A DNA stretch of 64,000 bases from Solirubrobacterales bacterium (GCA_038232275.1 JBBSIC010000001.1:40206-104205), one strand, 5' to 3'. Counted from the first letter of the stretch, positions 34,902 through 45,013 are shown. Notes: generated by a model not told the origin, from the letters alone. A program made the numbers and translations.

Positions 34902-36052
34902 GGCCGCTGCGGGTGGGGCTCAACCTCGTCTACCTCGAGCAGCACTCGGGCGGCGCGGGCACCTATGCGCGGGAGCTGATCGCCGGCCTGCTGGAGGCCG
35001 AGCCGCAGACGCGCATCACCGCCTTTGTCAACGCGGAGGCACCCGCCTGGTTCGACGCGCAGCCGTGGCGCGGCGAGGTCGACGTCGTGCGCTTTCCGGT
35101 CACCGTGACGCACGGGCCGCCGGACAACTTCCTGCGCGTGGCCGGCGTGCAGTGGACGGCGCTGCCGTGGATCGCGGCGCGCCGCGGGCTCGACGTCGTG
35201 CACGGGCTGGCCAACGTCGCACCGCTCGTGGCGCCGCGGGTGGCGACCGTCGTGACCGTGCTCGACCTGATCTGGCTGCGCTTCGCGCGCACGCTGGAGC
35301 GCCGGGTGACGCTCGGGATGAAGCTCGTGGCGCTGCCCTCGGCGCGCGCCGCGGACCGGGTGATCGCGATCTCCGAGGCCGCGCGCGACGACCTCGTGCG
35401 CACGCTCTCCCTGCCCCCGGAGAAGATCGACGTCACGCCGCTGGGGATGCGCGCGGACGCGGGCCGCGCCGCGGCCACGCCGGAGGCCGGGCTGCGCGCG
35501 CGGCTCGGGCTGGGCGACGGCCCCGTGATCCTCTCGTTGGGCCAGAAGCGCGAGCACAAGAACCAGCTTGCGCTGATCCGCGCGCTGCCGCGGCTGCGCG
35601 CGCGCAGCGCCACCCTCGTGCTCCCGGGCGCCCCGACCCCGTACGAGGCGACGCTGCGCGCCGCGGCCGCCGGGCTGCCGGTCGTCTTCTGCGACTGGCT
35701 GAGCGCCGAGGATCTCGAGGGCCTGTACGCGCTCGCCGCGTGCTTCGTGCTCCCGAGCCTGGAGGAGGGGTTCGGTCTCCCGATCCTGGAGGCCATGGGG
35801 CGCGGCGTGCCCGTGGCGTGCTCGGACGCCTCGTCGCTGCCGGAGGTCGCCGGGGGGGCGGCGCTGCTGTTCGACCCGCACGCGCCGGCCGGCATCGCCC
35901 GGGCCGTCGACCGGCTGCTCGCCGAGCCCGACCTGCGCGCCTCCCTGGTCGCGCAGGGCCGCGAGCGTGCGCGGGCGTTTCCCTGGACCGCGACCGCCGC
36001 GGCGACGCTCGACAGCTACCGGCGCGCGATCGCGGAACGGCGCGGCGCGTGA
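34898..36052 (+). CDS. GT4 family glycosyltransferase (paralog 1 of 3)
   Basis: It overlaps the flippase stop as GTGA. The E-x7-E motif is EGFGLPILEAMGRGVPV, and SLPEVAGGAALLFDP follows. Confidence 0.9.
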   Translation: MRPLRVGLNLVYLEQHSGGAGTYARELIAGLLEAEPQTRITAFVNAEAPAWFDAQPWRGEVDVVRFPVTVTHGPPDNFLRVAGVQWTALPWIAARRGLDVVHGLANVAPLVAPRVATVVTVLDLIWLRFARTLERRVTLGMKLVALPSARAADRVIAISEAARDDLVRTLSLPPEKIDVTPLGMRADAGRAAATPEAGLRARLGLGDGPVILSLGQKREHKNQLALIRALPRLRARSATLVLPGAPTPYEATLRAAAAGLPVVFCDWLSAEDLEGLYALAACFVLPSLEEGFGLPILEAMGRGVPVACSDASSLPEVAGGAALLFDPHAPAGIARAVDRLLAEPDLRASLVAQGRERARAFPWTATAAATLDSYRRAIAERRGA

Positions 36053-37194
36053 CCGGCCGCCCGCTGCACGTCGGCCTGAACCTCGTCTACCTCGAGCCGG
36101 ACTCCGGGGGCAGCGGCACCTACGCCCGCGAGCTGATCCGGGCGCTGAAGGTCGTCGAGCCGGACACGCGCATCACCGCCTGGGTCGGGCAGGGCGCGCC
36201 CGCGGGGCTCGACTGGCCGGTCGACGAGTGGGTCCGGCTGCCGGTGCGCTCGACGGGCTCGCCCGTCCACGTGGTGGTCGAGCTGTTCGCGCTCGGGCTC
36301 GACGCGCGCCGGCGCGGCGTCGACCTCGTGCACGGGCTCGCCTACGCCTCGCCGGTGCTCGCGCCGGGGGTGGCGACGCTCGTGACGATCCTCGATTTAA
36401 CTTGGCACCACCACCCCGAGGCGGCGACGTGGCTGGCACGGCGGATGTTCGGGCTGCTCTCGCCGCTGTGCGGGCGCGCCGCGGACCGCGTCGTCGCGAT
36501 CTCCGAGACCGTCAAGGGCGACCTGATCGCGACCCTCGGCCTCGACGCCGGCAAGATCGAGGTGACGCCGCTGGGCGTGGCCGATCGGCCGCGCGCCGAG
36601 CCGGCCGCGGAGGGCGAGCTGCGCGCGCGGCTCGGCCTTCCCGGTGACGCGGCGGTCCTGCTCAGCGTCGCCCAGATGTCCGCGCACAAGAACCTGCTGG
36701 CGCTGATCGAGGCGCTGCCGCGGCTGGCCGACGCGCGCGCCGTCGTCGTCGTCCCCGGCCGGCGCACCGCCTACAGCGACGCGCTGCTCGAGCGCGCGCG
36801 GGCGCTGGGGGTCGGCGACCGCCTCGTGCTCCCGGGCTTCGTCGACGACGCGACGCTCGAAGGGCTCTACGCGCTCGCGCAGGCCTTCGTCCTGCCGTCG
36901 CTGCTCGAGGGCTTCGGGCTCCCGGTGCTCGAGGCGATGCGCCGCGGCGTGCCGGTGGCGTGCAGCGACGCGTCGGCGCTGCCGGAGGTCGCGGGCGGTG
37001 CCGCGCTGCTCTTCGACCCGCGCTCGCCGGACGCGATCGCCACCGCCTGCGACCGGCTGCTCGGCGACGCCGCGCTGCGCGGCGACCTGGCCGCCCGAGG
37101 CCGCGCCCGCGCGGCGCAGCTGACGGGGGAGGACACCGCGCGAGCGACGCTGCGCGCCTACCGGCGGGCGATCGCGTCGCGGGTGGTCGGCTGA
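36049..37194 (+). CDS. GT4 family glycosyltransferase (paralog 2 of 3)
   Basis: It has a GTGA overlap with the upstream gene. HVGLNLVYLEPDSGGSGTYARELI, EGFGLPVLEAMRRGVPV and ALPEVAGGAALLFDP are present. Confidence 0.9.
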   Translation: MTGRPLHVGLNLVYLEPDSGGSGTYARELIRALKVVEPDTRITAWVGQGAPAGLDWPVDEWVRLPVRSTGSPVHVVVELFALGLDARRRGVDLVHGLAYASPVLAPGVATLVTILDLTWHHHPEAATWLARRMFGLLSPLCGRAADRVVAISETVKGDLIATLGLDAGKIEVTPLGVADRPRAEPAAEGELRARLGLPGDAAVLLSVAQMSAHKNLLALIEALPRLADARAVVVVPGRRTAYSDALLERARALGVGDRLVLPGFVDDATLEGLYALAQAFVLPSLLEGFGLPVLEAMRRGVPVACSDASALPEVAGGAALLFDPRSPDAIATACDRLLGDAALRGDLAARGRARAAQLTGEDTARATLRAYRRAIASRVVG

Positions 37195-38306
37195 TGCACG
37201 TCGGCCTGAACCTGATCTTCCTCGTGCCGGGCGAGACCGGCGGGATGGAGGTCGCCGCGCGGAGCCTGATCCCGGCGCTGCGCGACGCCGCGCCCGCCGC
37301 GCGCTTCACCGCCTTCGTCAGCCGCGAGGCCGCGCACGAGGACTTCGGCATCGACCAAGTCGTCGTGCCCGTCAGGGCGACGAGCCGCGCGCAGTGGGTC
37401 CGCGGCGAGCAGGTCTACCTGCCGCGGCTCGCGCGCCGGGCGGGCTGCGACATCGTGCACTCGCTGGGCTCCACGGCGCCCGCCCACGGCGCCTTCAAGC
37501 GCGTCACCACGATCAACGACCTCAGCTACCTGGTCGTGCCCGAGGCGCACTTCGGCCTGCGCGCCCTCGGCATGCGGGTGCTGGTGCCGCTCGCTGCGCG
37601 GCGGTCGCATCGGCTGGTGGCCATCTCGCAGGCGACGCGCGACGACCTCGTCACGCGGCTGGGCATCGCGCCGGAGAAGATCGACATCGTCCCGCTCGGC
37701 CTGGGGCAGCTCGCGACGGCGGCGCCCACGCCGGAGGCCGCGCTGCGCGCGCGGCTGGAGCTGGGCGACCGCCCGGTGGTGCTGACCCTGAGCGCCAAGC
37801 GCCCGCACAAGAACCTCGCCGGCCTGCTCGACGCGCTCGCGCTCATCCCGCGCGAGCGCCGGCCGGTCGCGGTCCTGCCCGGCTACGCGACGCCCCACGA
37901 GGCCGAGCTGCGCGCGCAGGCGACGCGGCTGGGCCTCGACGATGACGCGCGCTGGCTGGGCTGGACGAGCGCCGAGGACCTCGAGGGCCTGTTCGCGCTC
38001 AGCCGCGCCTTCGTGTTCCCGTCGCTGTACGAGGGCTTCGGGCTGCCGGTGCTCGAGGCGATGGCGCGCGGCGTGCCCGTCGCGACCGCGGACCGCGCGT
38101 CCCTGCCCGAGGTCGCCGGCGACGCGGCGCTGCTGTTCGACCCCACCGACCCGGCGGCGATCGCGGCGGCGATCGAGACGCTGCTCGGCGACCGCGAGCG
38201 CGCCGCGCAGCTCGTCGCCGCCGGCCGCGAGCAGGTCAAGCGCTTCACCTGGCAGCGCAGCGCGCAGCTGGTGCTCGCGACCTACGCGCGCGTGCTCTCG
38301 GCGTAG
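37194..38306 (+). CDS. GT4 family glycosyltransferase (paralog 3 of 3)
   Basis: The junction is a TGATG stop/start overlap. MHVGLNLIFLVPGETGG, EGFGLPVLEAMARGVPV and SLPEVAGDAALLFDP are present. Confidence 0.9.
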   Translation: MHVGLNLIFLVPGETGGMEVAARSLIPALRDAAPAARFTAFVSREAAHEDFGIDQVVVPVRATSRAQWVRGEQVYLPRLARRAGCDIVHSLGSTAPAHGAFKRVTTINDLSYLVVPEAHFGLRALGMRVLVPLAARRSHRLVAISQATRDDLVTRLGIAPEKIDIVPLGLGQLATAAPTPEAALRARLELGDRPVVLTLSAKRPHKNLAGLLDALALIPRERRPVAVLPGYATPHEAELRAQATRLGLDDDARWLGWTSAEDLEGLFALSRAFVFPSLYEGFGLPVLEAMARGVPVATADRASLPEVAGDAALLFDPTDPAAIAAAIETLLGDRERAAQLVAAGREQVKRFTWQRSAQLVLATYARVLSA

Positions 38307-39427
38307 GTCGCGACGACGACATCGAGCGAGGCGTCGACCGACAGCCGCCGGGCGTTGCGGGCGAACCAGTCCGCGGTCGACTGCCGCAGCGCAGGGCCGG
38401 CCGCGTGCACGCGGACGATCGCGTCGGCGAGGTCCTCGGGGGCGTCCGAGCGGGCGATCACGCCGTTGACGCCGTCCTGCACGAGCTCGACCGCCGCGTT
38501 GTCCGGATGGTCGACGAGCACGGTCGGGACGCCCAGCGCCGCCGCCTCCACGACGACGAGCCCGTAGCCCTCGCGGCGCGACGGATGCAGCAGGCACAGG
38601 GCGCGGGCCATCGCCGCCTCGAGCGCCTCGTGCCCGACGAAGCCGGGCGCCGCGATCGCGTCCTCGCCGGCGATCGCCACCAGCACGCGGGCGCGCTCGG
38701 GGCCGTCGCCGAAGATCGTGCCGCGCAGCTGCGGCAGCCGCAGCCGCGCCGCGGCGATGGCGGCGGCGGCGGCGGGCGCGGCCTTCTCCGGGATGTGGCG
38801 CCCCGCGAAGACGACGACGGGCTCGGCGGGCAGCGGGCCGCGCGGCTCGAGCGCTCCCGCGTACAGGCCCGCCAGCAGCGTGACCTCGCCGTTGAGGCGC
38901 TCGGCGCGCAGCCGCGCGGCGGTCATGCGCGCGAACGTGAAGGCGTGCTGGCGCACGCGCAAGCAGCGCTTCTGGACGGCCCAGCCGACCCGGCCGCCGA
39001 TGTCGCCGAGGTAGGCGCGCCAGTAATCCCGGCTCCAGAACTCGATCCAGTCGACCACGAGCCCGTAGCGCCCGGCGGGCCGCGCGAGCGCCAGGGCAAG
39101 CAGCGAGAAGTACGGGAACGACGCGGTGTGGACGACGTCATAGTCGCGGCCGTGGCGCAGCGCGTGCCAGAGCACGCCCGCGCCGAAGACCAGCGGCGGC
39201 AACACGCGCCGCTGGCCGGGGCCGGAGTACAGCGCCATGCGCGGACCGGCGGCGACGACGCGCACGCCCGGGAGGTCGGCCGACTCGCCGCGATCCCACT
39301 GGCGCAGCGTCAGGTAGGTCACCGCGTGCCCCTCAGCCGCCAGCCGCAGCGCGAGGGTGCGATACCAGCGCTCCGCGCCGCCGACGGTGTGCGGGAACAG
39401 GCAGTCGTAGACGAGGCAGATGCGCAC
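38282..39427 (-). CDS. GT4 family glycosyltransferase
   Basis: The start is VRICLVYDCLFPHTVGGAERWY (GTG 39427). The E-x7-E motif is REGYGLVVVEAAALGVPTV. It converges on and overlaps the previous gene by 25 nt. Confidence 0.85.
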   Translation of the reverse strand: MRICLVYDCLFPHTVGGAERWYRTLALRLAAEGHAVTYLTLRQWDRGESADLPGVRVVAAGPRMALYSGPGQRRVLPPLVFGAGVLWHALRHGRDYDVVHTASFPYFSLLALALARPAGRYGLVVDWIEFWSRDYWRAYLGDIGGRVGWAVQKRCLRVRQHAFTFARMTAARLRAERLNGEVTLLAGLYAGALEPRGPLPAEPVVVFAGRHIPEKAAPAAAAAIAAARLRLPQLRGTIFGDGPERARVLVAIAGEDAIAAPGFVGHEALEAAMARALCLLHPSRREGYGLVVVEAAALGVPTVLVDHPDNAAVELVQDGVNGVIARSDAPEDLADAIVRVHAAGPALRQSTADWFARNARRLSVDASLDVVVATYAESTRA

Positions 39428-39444
39428 GCGCGGCGGGCTCCTCG

Positions 39445-40422
39445 TCAGGGCCGGCTCGCCAGGACGACGAGCTCCTCGGAGCGCCGGACGTCGCGCTGGC
39501 CGGCGAGGTCGGCTCGCAGCGCCTGCAGGCGCGCGCGCCGGCCCGTGAGGCCCGAGGCCGCGAAGTCCGTCAGCGCGGGGAAGGCCGGCCGCTGCACCTC
39601 GACCCGCGTGAAGCCCGCCGCGGCGAGCGCCCGCGCAAGCGCCGGGGCGTCGAAGAGGACGAGGTGGCGCGGCGGGTCCAGGCCGCGCCAGCGATCCCCG
39701 AGCAGGCGGTGGCGGTCGGCGCCCAGATTCGGCGTGGCGACCCAGAGCACGCCGGACGGGCGCAGCAGGTCCAGGCACCAGCCGAGCAGGGCGATCGGGT
39801 CCGGGACGTGCTCGATCACGTGCGACACCGTGATGGCGTCGTAGCTGCTGGGCTCGCGCAGCGCGAGCGCCTGGATCGGCTCGGCGGTGACCTCGAGCCC
39901 GGCCGCGCGGCCGGCCGCGACGGCGGCGAGGTCGACGTCGATGCCGATCGCCCGCCAGCCGACGGCCGCGGCGTCGGCCAGAAAGTGCCCGTTGCCGCAG
40001 CCCACGTCGAGCAGCCGCTCGCCGGCGGGCAGCGACCGCACGCCGCGGTCCACCCAGGCGGCGACGGGCGGGATCAGGCCCAGCATCCGTCCCCCCACGG
40101 GCGAGGCCGGCCGCAGCGCGTAGCCCAGGTGCCGGTTGAGGCGCCCGTTGCGCGCCGCTCGCCGCAGCCGCCCCGCACGGCCGGCGGCCGGGCTTGGCAG
40201 GGTCGGCGGCGCGTGCGTGGAGTAGGTGGCGTACAGCGCCGGAAGGGCCTCGTCGGTGGGCCGCGGATCGAGCCGCGCCGCGCCGCAGCCCGCGCACAGC
40301 ACGAGCCGCCAGCGGCCCTCGACGACCTCGAAGACGTGGTCGACCAGGCCGTCGTGCAGCACGCCGGCCGACGGGTCGGCGCATACCGGGCACTGCGGGA
40401 CCGGGACGGTTGGCACGGGCAT
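39445..40422 (-). CDS. SAM-dependent methyltransferase with an N-terminal Cys4 zinc-ribbon
   Basis: The zinc-ribbon is MPVPTVPVPQCPVCAD...LVLCAGCGAARLDP. Motif I is LLDVGCGNGHF, followed by DAITVSHVIEHVPDP and RPSGVLWVATPN. Confidence 0.8.
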   Translation of the reverse strand: MPVPTVPVPQCPVCADPSAGVLHDGLVDHVFEVVEGRWRLVLCAGCGAARLDPRPTDEALPALYATYSTHAPPTLPSPAAGRAGRLRRAARNGRLNRHLGYALRPASPVGGRMLGLIPPVAAWVDRGVRSLPAGERLLDVGCGNGHFLADAAAVGWRAIGIDVDLAAVAAGRAAGLEVTAEPIQALALREPSSYDAITVSHVIEHVPDPIALLGWCLDLLRPSGVLWVATPNLGADRHRLLGDRWRGLDPPRHLVLFDAPALARALAAAGFTRVEVQRPAFPALTDFAASGLTGRRARLQALRADLAGQRDVRRSEELVVLASRP

Positions 40423-41338
40423 GCAAGCCGTACCCTTGCGCATCGCCGTGGCCGACTTCGCCGTCGTCATCGTCAACCACCGCTCGGCCGAGCTCACCGA
40501 GCGCTGCGCCGCGGCCGCCGCCGCCGACGGGCCGGCCGAGCTGCTGGTGGTCGACAACGCGTCGGGGGACGGCTCCGTGGACGCCCTGCGCGGCGCCGGG
40601 CTCGACGTGCTCGCGCGCGCCGTCAACGACGGCTTCGCGTCCGGCGTCAACGCCGGCTTCACGGCGACGCGCGCGCCCGTCGTCGTGCTGCTCAATCCCG
40701 ACACCGAGCCGGCGCCCGGCGCCCTGGGCGCGCTCGTCGGCCATCTCGCGCGCACCCCGCGCGCCGGCATCGCCGCGCCGCGGCTGCGCAACGCGGACGG
40801 CACGCCGCAGCCCAATGCCTACCGCTATGCGCCGGGCCGCGCGACGCTGCTCGCCGAGCTGTGCGTCCCGGCCGGCCTCGTGCTCGAGCGCCTCCCCGCG
40901 CTCGACCGCTACCGCCTGCCCGCCGCCGGCTGGCGCGCCGGGGCGCAGGTCGCCCACGTCACCGGCGCGGCGCTCGCCGTCCGCCGCGCCGCCTACGACG
41001 CGGCCGGGCCGCTCGACGAGGGCTTCTTCCTGTACCTCGAGGAGACCGAGTGGCAGCAGCGCGTGCGCCGCACGGGCTTTACGATCGAGCTCGTCCCCGA
41101 CGCCGAGGTCGCTCACCTGATCCGCGGCGGCGGCGAAGCGGCGCTGGCGCCGTCGCCGCACTTCCTCGCCTCGACGCGGCGCTACCTCGCGCTGCGCGGG
41201 TATTCCCAAGGCGCGACCGACCGCGCGCTCGCGGCCACGCTCGCGGTCTCCCGCCTCGCGGCCCACGCCTGGGACCGCTGGCCCGGCGCCCAGCACGGCG
41301 GCGGGGCGCACGCCCGCGCCTGGGACGGGCTGCGCTGA
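40421..41338 (+). CDS. GT2 family glycosyltransferase (rhamnosyltransferase/WbbL-like style)
   Basis: FAVVIVNHRS...LLVVDNASGDGS...NDGFASGVNAG...VLLNPDT...GAALAVRR is present. ATG 40421 overlaps the divergent ATG on the other strand. TTG 40436 and GTG 40448 are alternative starts. Confidence 0.8.
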   Translation: MQAVPLRIAVADFAVVIVNHRSAELTERCAAAAAADGPAELLVVDNASGDGSVDALRGAGLDVLARAVNDGFASGVNAGFTATRAPVVVLLNPDTEPAPGALGALVGHLARTPRAGIAAPRLRNADGTPQPNAYRYAPGRATLLAELCVPAGLVLERLPALDRYRLPAAGWRAGAQVAHVTGAALAVRRAAYDAAGPLDEGFFLYLEETEWQQRVRRTGFTIELVPDAEVAHLIRGGGEAALAPSPHFLASTRRYLALRGYSQGATDRALAATLAVSRLAAHAWDRWPGAQHGGGAHARAWDGLR

Positions 41339-41395
41339 GCCAGCCGCCGGGGCGCTGAGGCTCGGCGGGGTGATCACCGCGACCTCGCGGCGCCC

Positions 41396-43756
41396 TCACG
41401 GCAGCGTCTCCAGCCAGTCGTAGCTGCGCCCGTCGCACAACCGCTGCGGGGCCGAGGCGGGGACGCGGACGATCGGGCGGGGCGCCTCGTCGGTCATCGC
41501 GAGGGGGCCGAGCGGGAACTGGTCGGCGTCGCCGCCGCGGCCGGGCAGCAGGCCGCGCGCGTAGGAGAGCGTGATCGCGTGCGGCCCGGCAGGCAGGCGG
41601 CGGGCACCGAAGCGCAGCCACCCGACGCTCGCGTCGAGCTGGTGGCGGTAGCTGCCGACGGGGTGCCCGTCGACGCGCACCGTCAGGCGGCCGAGCGTCA
41701 TGCCTCCGACCCAGACCCGCCAGCGGCCCGCGCGCGGGAGGGTGACGATCCGGCCCGCGGTGCCGTCGGCCACCGGGCGGATGCCGGTCGCCGTGCGCCA
41801 GGCGGCCGGGACGCTGCCGGTGTCGAGGCCGACCACGATCGGGTTGGCGCGGGGGACGGCGGCCAGCGTGTGGACGCCCGGCGACCGCGCGTAGCGGCGC
41901 ACCTGGCTGCACGGCAGCCCGGCCGCGGGCGCCAGCGGCGTGCCGAGCCCGACGTGTCGCAGCGGGCGCGCCACCTTCGGGTCGCGGATCCAGGCCTCGA
42001 AGTAGCGCCCGGCGTACAGCGGCCGATAGCCGCTCGGCGGGCGGCTGCCGACGGGGGTGCGGCGTCGGACGATCGCCTTGTAGCCGTACACGGCGCGCGG
42101 GTCCACCGCGTCGAGCTCGACGGTCGTGAAGTCCGGGAAGGCCCTGCCCTGGAGGTCGGGGACGGTGTTGACGCGCAGGTCGGTGGCGCCCTCGTCCTGG
42201 CCCGGGCCGAGGAAGTAGCGCGTGGCGTAGCCCTCGTAGTTGAGCACGAGCGTCGGTCCGCGGCCGTCGAGCAGCCGCCCGAGCGCGCGCAGCTCCTTCA
42301 GGCTGTCGCGCGGGGCGACGAAGACGTCGCGCGCCACGAGCCAGCTCGACCACACGCAGCCGGCGACGAGGATGCCCGCGCCCGCCGTCGCGAACGCCGC
42401 CCAGCGCCTCGCGCGCAGACCCGTCGCGACCAGCGCGGCCGCGGCGACCAGCAGCATGGGCGAGGTGATCGCGAGGACCTTCGCGTCGATCCAGGGCGCG
42501 CCGACCGCGAGCGCGGGGATGCCGCCGGCGACCACGGTCCCGACGAGCGCCGGCAGCGTCCAGGCGCGGCGGCGCACGGCGACGGTCACGCCGCCGGCCG
42601 CGGCGGCGAGGCACAGCACGGCGAGGAGAACGAAGAACCAGTGCGGGTTCACCGGGTCGCGGAAGTCCCCGTCCGGCCACAGCCCCGCGCCCTGCAGCAG
42701 CTCGAGCGGCCGGTGCAGCTTGCCGAGGTCGTCCGCCGCCGTCGGCGCGCCGTTGGCCGTCTGGTCGGCGTTGCGGCCGATCACCGCGAGGGCCGGAACG
42801 GCGCTGAGGACAAGCACCGCGGCCGAGCCCGCCAGCCCCAGCGCCAGGCGCGGGACGGGCGCCTCGCGACGAACGAGCGCGGCGGTCGCCGCGGCGGCGA
42901 GGCCGCTGCCCGCCCACACGATCCCGCCGATCCCGAAGCAGTCCAGCAGCGCCCCGGCGACCAGCCCGGCGAGCAGCAGGCAGCGCGTCCCGCCGCGGAC
43001 GGCGAGCCCGGCCAACGCCGGGATCAGCGCGGCCGCGGCGAGTTCCTTGATCGCGCCCCACTGCGCGTAGCCGAGCAGCAGCGACGCCTGCACGCCCACC
43101 AGCGCGCAGGCCGCGGCGAGCCCGCGCGGGCGCACCACCTCGCGGGCGGCCGCGTAGAGGCCGAGCGCGAGGATCGCGCCATACACGGCGATCACGGGCT
43201 GGTAGGCGTTGGCGACGTCCTGGCCGGTCGCCCGCGCCGTCACGCCGACGGGCGTCAAGGCGCCGACCGGGTACCCCTGCGCGAGCCAGTCGCGCAGGTC
43301 GAGCTGGAACGTCGAGGGCGGGACCATCGAGATGTCGCGCCCGTGGTCCATCACGTGGTGGATCAGCCCGAGCCAGATCGCGGAGTCGTCGAGCTTGATG
43401 TAGCCGGCGACGGACGCCTGGCCGGAGAGCACGGACGGCGCGGCGAGGATCGCGTAGGCCGCGAGCGCCGTCACGGCCGCCCACGGCCAGGCGGCGCGCA
43501 CGCGCGCGTCGCGCCACGGCCGCCGCACGGCGAATCCGGCCAGCGCCGCGGCGACGCACAGCGGCGTCGCCAGCGCGGTCGTCGAGCCCGAGATCGTCGT
43601 GAGTCCGGCGAGCACGATCAGCAGGGCGAGGCCGAGGCCGGGCAGCAGCGGCCCGGGGACCCGCGTGCGCGCCGCGGCCTCCGCGAGCAGGCCGAGGCCG
43701 GTGCACAGCAGGGCGAGCACGAGTGCAACCAAGAGCCAGCCGCCGGCCGGGGTCAT
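41396..43756 (-). CDS. Large polytopic membrane protein with a C-terminal extracytoplasmic domain, GT-C-like
   Basis: The start is MTPAGGWLLVALVLALLCTG (ATG 43756). About 13-15 TM segments are visible. An acidic first-loop motif is GYIKLDDSAIW. A soluble C-terminal region of about 300 aa follows. The part of the listed ORF above 43756 is antisense junk. Confidence 0.65.
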   Translation of the reverse strand: MTPAGGWLLVALVLALLCTGLGLLAEAAARTRVPGPLLPGLGLALLIVLAGLTTISGSTTALATPLCVAAALAGFAVRRPWRDARVRAAWPWAAVTALAAYAILAAPSVLSGQASVAGYIKLDDSAIWLGLIHHVMDHGRDISMVPPSTFQLDLRDWLAQGYPVGALTPVGVTARATGQDVANAYQPVIAVYGAILALGLYAAAREVVRPRGLAAACALVGVQASLLLGYAQWGAIKELAAAALIPALAGLAVRGGTRCLLLAGLVAGALLDCFGIGGIVWAGSGLAAAATAALVRREAPVPRLALGLAGSAAVLVLSAVPALAVIGRNADQTANGAPTAADDLGKLHRPLELLQGAGLWPDGDFRDPVNPHWFFVLLAVLCLAAAAGGVTVAVRRRAWTLPALVGTVVAGGIPALAVGAPWIDAKVLAITSPMLLVAAAALVATGLRARRWAAFATAGAGILVAGCVWSSWLVARDVFVAPRDSLKELRALGRLLDGRGPTLVLNYEGYATRYFLGPGQDEGATDLRVNTVPDLQGRAFPDFTTVELDAVDPRAVYGYKAIVRRRTPVGSRPPSGYRPLYAGRYFEAWIRDPKVARPLRHVGLGTPLAPAAGLPCSQVRRYARSPGVHTLAAVPRANPIVVGLDTGSVPAAWRTATGIRPVADGTAGRIVTLPRAGRWRVWVGGMTLGRLTVRVDGHPVGSYRHQLDASVGWLRFGARRLPAGPHAITLSYARGLLPGRGGDADQFPLGPLAMTDEAPRPIVRVPASAPQRLCDGRSYDWLETLP

Positions 43757-43837
43757 CCGGCGCGCATCCTCCCAGTCGCTACCATCGAGCGCCCCGCAGA
43801 CGCGCGACTTCCGGCTGTCTCGCGCGTCTTGACTCTG

Positions 43838-45013
43838 ATGAGCACCGTCGAGCAGCCCGCCGGGAGTTCGGCTCCGGGCCTTACAGCGCCGCCCAAGGTG
43901 TCGGTCGTGATCCCGTGCCTCAACGAGGCCGCGAACATCGAGGAGTGCGTCCGCCGCGCCGGCGCGGCGATCGCCGCCGGGGCCTTCGAGGGCGAGGTCG
44001 TCGTCTGCGACAACAACTCCACCGACGGCAGCGGGGGGCTCGCCGCGGCCGCCGGCGCGCGCGTCGTGCACGAGTCGCGGCCGGGCTACGGCAGCGCCTA
44101 CCTGGCCGGCTTCGCGGCCGCGCGCGGCGACTACATCGTCATGGCCGACGCGGACCTGACCTACGACTTCGCCGAGATCCCGCACTTCGTCGCAGAGCTC
44201 GACAAGGGCGCCCAGCTGGTCATGGGCGACCGCATGGACAACATCCATCCGGGCGCGATGCCGTGGCTACACCGCTACGTCGGCAACCCGATCCTGACCG
44301 GCGTCCTGAACGTCTTCTTCAAGACCGGCGTGCGCGACGCGCACTGCGGCATGCGCGGCTTCCGGCGTGACATCCTGCCGATCCTCGACCTGCGCACCAC
44401 CGGGATGGAGTTCGCCTCGGAGATGGTCATCCGCGCCGCCAAGGAGCAGCTGCGGATCGCCGAGCTCCCGATCGAGTACCACCCGCGCGGCGGGGAGTCC
44501 AAGCTCTCGAGCTTCCGCGACGGCTGGCGCCATCTGCGCTTCCTGCTCGTCCACAGCCCGACGCACCTGTTCATGGTCCCGGGCCTGATCCTCACCGTCC
44601 TCGGCGCGCTCGTCTCCGCGACGGTCATCCTCCAGATCAACATCCTCGGGCGCGAGTGGAGCATCCACACCATGGTCGGCGGCGCGCTGCTGATGATCAT
44701 CGGCACGCAGGTCGTCGGCCTCGGCCTGTGCGCGCACGCCTACGGCACGTACTTCATGGGCGAGAAGGACCCCTGGTTCGACCGCATGCGCAGGCGCTTC
44801 CGGCTCGAGCACGGGCTGGCGCTCGGCGGCGCGGTCATCCTCGCCGGCCTCGCGATGGCCGCCGTGATCGCGGTGAAGTGGATCGACCGCGGGTTCGGCC
44901 AGCTGTCCGAGGAGCGCCTCGCCGTCCTCGGCGCCGCGCTGATCATCATGGGCATCCAGATCTTCTTCTCCGCATTCCTGCTGAGCATCCTCGGCCTGCG
45001 CCGGCAGTCCTGA
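43838..45013 (+). CDS. GT2 polyprenyl-phosphate glycosyltransferase (DPM1/Ppm1/ArnC/GtrB-like) with C-terminal TM helices
   Basis: VSVVIPCLNEAANIEECV...VVVCDNNSTDGS...YIVMADADLTYD is present. It carries four C-terminal hydrophobic segments. The start is ATG 43838. Confidence 0.85.
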   Translation: MSTVEQPAGSSAPGLTAPPKVSVVIPCLNEAANIEECVRRAGAAIAAGAFEGEVVVCDNNSTDGSGGLAAAAGARVVHESRPGYGSAYLAGFAAARGDYIVMADADLTYDFAEIPHFVAELDKGAQLVMGDRMDNIHPGAMPWLHRYVGNPILTGVLNVFFKTGVRDAHCGMRGFRRDILPILDLRTTGMEFASEMVIRAAKEQLRIAELPIEYHPRGGESKLSSFRDGWRHLRFLLVHSPTHLFMVPGLILTVLGALVSATVILQINILGREWSIHTMVGGALLMIIGTQVVGLGLCAHAYGTYFMGEKDPWFDRMRRRFRLEHGLALGGAVILAGLAMAAVIAVKWIDRGFGQLSEERLAVLGAALIIMGIQIFFSAFLLSILGLRRQS

